NCBI GenBank assembly: GCA_009602725.1
Contig: WELB01000012.1
Location: 554,701-575,344, forward strand
Direction: 5' to 3'
Source: Spirogloea muscicola
Taxonomy: Eukaryota
DNA length: 20,644 bases
This document shows positions 18,027 to 20,644 of this stretch, in pieces (positions within the stretch are counted from its first letter, which is position 1; each line of letters opens with the position of its first letter). The position numbers and the translations under genes are program-made. Under the pieces are notes generated by a model, which saw only the letters and a list, made by a program, of their open reading frames with translations, was not told the DNA's origin and did no database searches.

Positions 18027-20423
18027 TCAAATAAGCTCTTCTTCACTGGTCATGCCTGCTGATCCAAGCTGCCGGAAGTCGCTGGGGAACAGTCGGCGCT
18101 GAGCTGGGGTCGGGTTGGCGAGCCACCAGCAGTACAAAGCGGCGGAAGCAAAGACTGAGCCACATGACAGGAGCGCCAGGCCGCCAAATGACGACGAGCT
18201 GTTGGCGGCAATAGCAACACCAAGCATGACAACCTCCGCCAAGCTTGCAAGCGCCAACTCTGTGGTGCCGACAATATTGGCCTGTGATGCCGGAATGGCA
18301 GTCTGGAAGATCTGTGCATCCACAACATCGTACGTCCAAACGCCCACCCTCGACAGCACCTGCAGGGCATGATTTCAATTGCAAGACCCCGCAGGAGGTT
18401 TGCTCAGCAACCTCGACAAAAGTCGAAGTCACCACGGTTAAGCATTTCTGCGCATGCCTGCCAAGCTTAAAAGCCTACAGCTTGCATTCCTGACAGTTGT
18501 CATTACCACGAGCGCGAGGAAGATGAGCAATGCGCCCATCTGGCCGGGCTGTGTGATGAGGAAAACCACTGTCGCCAGGGCCAAGGTCCCTGCCTGGAAT
18601 AGCAGTGCCACAGCCCCGGCCTGCTTGCCCAGGCAGAATGCCAAATTGCCGGTTGGAAGTCAGCAAGCTTGCTACCATCAGACTTTCCATGTCTTAAGCA
18701 TGTAGGGTCTACGAGAAAGAATTTCACCTGTAGCAGGCCAAGGCGGGCAATCAGCGACGTGGACATGAGCGTGGCTGCAAACCCAGCGGTTGCGCATGCT
18801 CCCCGGAAAGCGCCAATCCATGCTGCACTTACACCTGCAGCTTCCAAGTGAGCAACTATTACAACCACGACCATTTGTAACTCAACTAATCGTCAAGAAT
18901 GACATGAATCCTAATACCTGACCAAACAAGTAGCGCAGTTCATGTACAGGGCTTAGGCAGACAGTGGCGCGCACCACGCTGTGTAAGGAAGGATGTCATA
19001 AGGCCGCCTGGCGAAAGAACGCAGTTGAAAAATAGCAGGGCATAGGCAAGCGATGCTGGCAGCACGGGCTGCGAGAGGTACTCCCGCCAGCCCCGCACCA
19101 CGACCTCTAGCCTGCCCAACGCTGGCGGCAGGGATGCTGCTGCAATGCAGGTGTCACAAAGTGAGCCAGGAAGCAGGATATAATTAGTATAGGCCTTTGA
19201 AAGACAAAGGGGGGGAGGTGTGGAAAGCTGCTGCAAATGCGGCTGTTCAGATGTGCCAACTCTTTGGACGTGCACACAAGCGCACGGGTATTCGGCAACT
19301 CTGCTCTCGCTGTGGATCTCACAGGCAGCTGCTGCGCCATTACCGCCACTGCTGCCAACCGCAACGGCTGCTGGCACCACATGCTTTGGGCGGCTCAGCA
19401 CGCCGCTACTCCACTTGTCCGTCAGGTGCACCAACACGAACTGCACACGAGCAACAGTGCACAGAGGAGCTGCTGCTCAAATAGGTCTTGCAACCTTGTG
19501 CCTGCTTCGCAGGCCTTGCAGCAGCTGTGCTGGTCTCAGCATCATTTACCAGTACTGGCAGCGAGATGCACATGATCGCCGCAGCCACGTGCATGCCAAA
19601 GGCTGGGCTTTGCGTCGAGAGCAGCCACCCAAAGACCATGGGCCCTGTAATCTGTGTTCACCAGCCCATCCCCAACAACACAAGCAAACTCCGTAGGAGT
19701 AAGGCAGGACAGCTAAAGGAGCAGTCAGAAGCAGGAGCAATGCAGCACCAGGCTAGGTAAAAGTAGGCCAGGACAGTCCAAGACATCTGCAGGAAGGAGG
19801 AGAAAGGACGGAGATAGGAACCTCGCAGACGAGGTCCACACGCCGGAGCACGGCATTGGCCTTGGCCAGTGCGATGGGACGGTTTTGACCAGCCAGCTGC
19901 ATATGCAGCAGAGGCAGTGCTCAGTGGCCTGTCAGATCTTCCTGAGATCAAGGAAGGAGCGCCTGCGCTGCACTCCGCAAGTGAGGGCTGGAGGAGTGAG
20001 GGCCCGTGCGGACCTGCACGACCCAGTCGCGCTCAAAGGCCACGCCACCGGCCAGACCGCACATGCGCTCCGCAGCGCCCGCGAGTACGAGTGTCACAAA
20101 CCACGGGGCACTGAGCAGCACCATGGGGCTCGCAGTCGCGCTCACCGCGCCTGGTTGTAGTGCAAAGATGCTGGCCGCCACGGACGCGAGCATCGCCAGC
20201 GTCTGTACAGGCGTAGGCAGTCAGTTCACAGCCACTTACAAAAGTGCAACAGAGTGGAGGATATTATGAGGAGCGTCCATTGCGGCGGGCTAAAGAGAGT
20301 GAGGAGAAAAGGGCTGGCGTGCAGCTACAGTACCTGAACAAGGCAGAGGGCATTGAAGGCGAGAACACGAGGCGTGCGATCCATGAGGTCACCCACCCAG
20401 GGGCCTGCCAGGAATATTACCAG
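18027..20423 (-). CDS. IREG3: Ferroportin (SLC40) family transporter, IREG3/FPN3/MAR1 type; 5'-partial, 9 exons in window
   Basis: Exons 20423-20334, 20202-20014, 19896-19822, 19651-19550, 19440-19344, 19139-18975, 18834-18728, 18620-18507, 18359-18027, all GT-AG and in frame. Signature [32 protein letters not shown], plus [15 protein letters not shown] and [17 protein letters not shown]. Confidence 0.9.
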
Positions 20424-20644
20424 CTGGAGCAGGCCGAGGGGATGAGGGAGGATGAGAGGAAGGCAAGACGAAAAGGGATGGGAAAGGAGAAGGGAGGAGT
20501 GTGAGGAGGAGAGATTCTGGGGCGTGCAAGCAGAGCTCGCCTCGTCCAGTCTCACTGATGTAACAAAGTGGCGAGGAAGGCATAGGTCCCTTTTCTCCAA
20601 ACGCAGGAAGGGCGTGAAGGGGGGGGGGGGGAGGGGGGAGGGGA

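Noticed and set aside
20520..20616. Extra ferroportin exon or retro tail (GGCGAGCTCTGCTT on the minus strand)
   Set aside because: The translation does not match the expected upstream IREG3 segment, and the hairpin and clean TSD of a tail are missing.

Overview
GC-rich, intron-containing eukaryotic DNA. The gene content (TBL/PC-esterase, SABATH, IREG3-type ferroportin) points to a green plant lineage, probably a streptophyte alga; this is inference only. Four spliced host genes were reconstructed by hand: two tandem + strand paralogs of a TBL/PC-esterase-like GDS...DxxH O-acyltransferase (2957-5661 and ~10802-13359), a - strand SABATH methyltransferase (14123-16908, 8 exons, 377 aa), and a 5'-partial - strand IREG3/FPN3-type ferroportin (18027-20423). 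The intergenic DNA is largely a pile-up of 3' ends of a CRE-like (restriction-like endonuclease, RLE) non-LTR retrotransposon family, about 20 fragments of ~15-500 nt from at least three subfamilies. They have no poly(A), end in ...TTCT/TGCT, are often flanked by 6-17 bp target-site duplications (TSDs) that mostly begin with CT, and are repeatedly nested in one another. Also present are a decayed Ty3/gypsy integrase-PHD remnant (~8330-9472) and a 434-bp PIF/Harbinger-type MITE (28-bp TIRs, TCA TSD) inserted in the stop codon of one retro tail. Assembly gaps lie at 2610-2664 and 10802. All alignments and splice models were read by eye; no searches were run.
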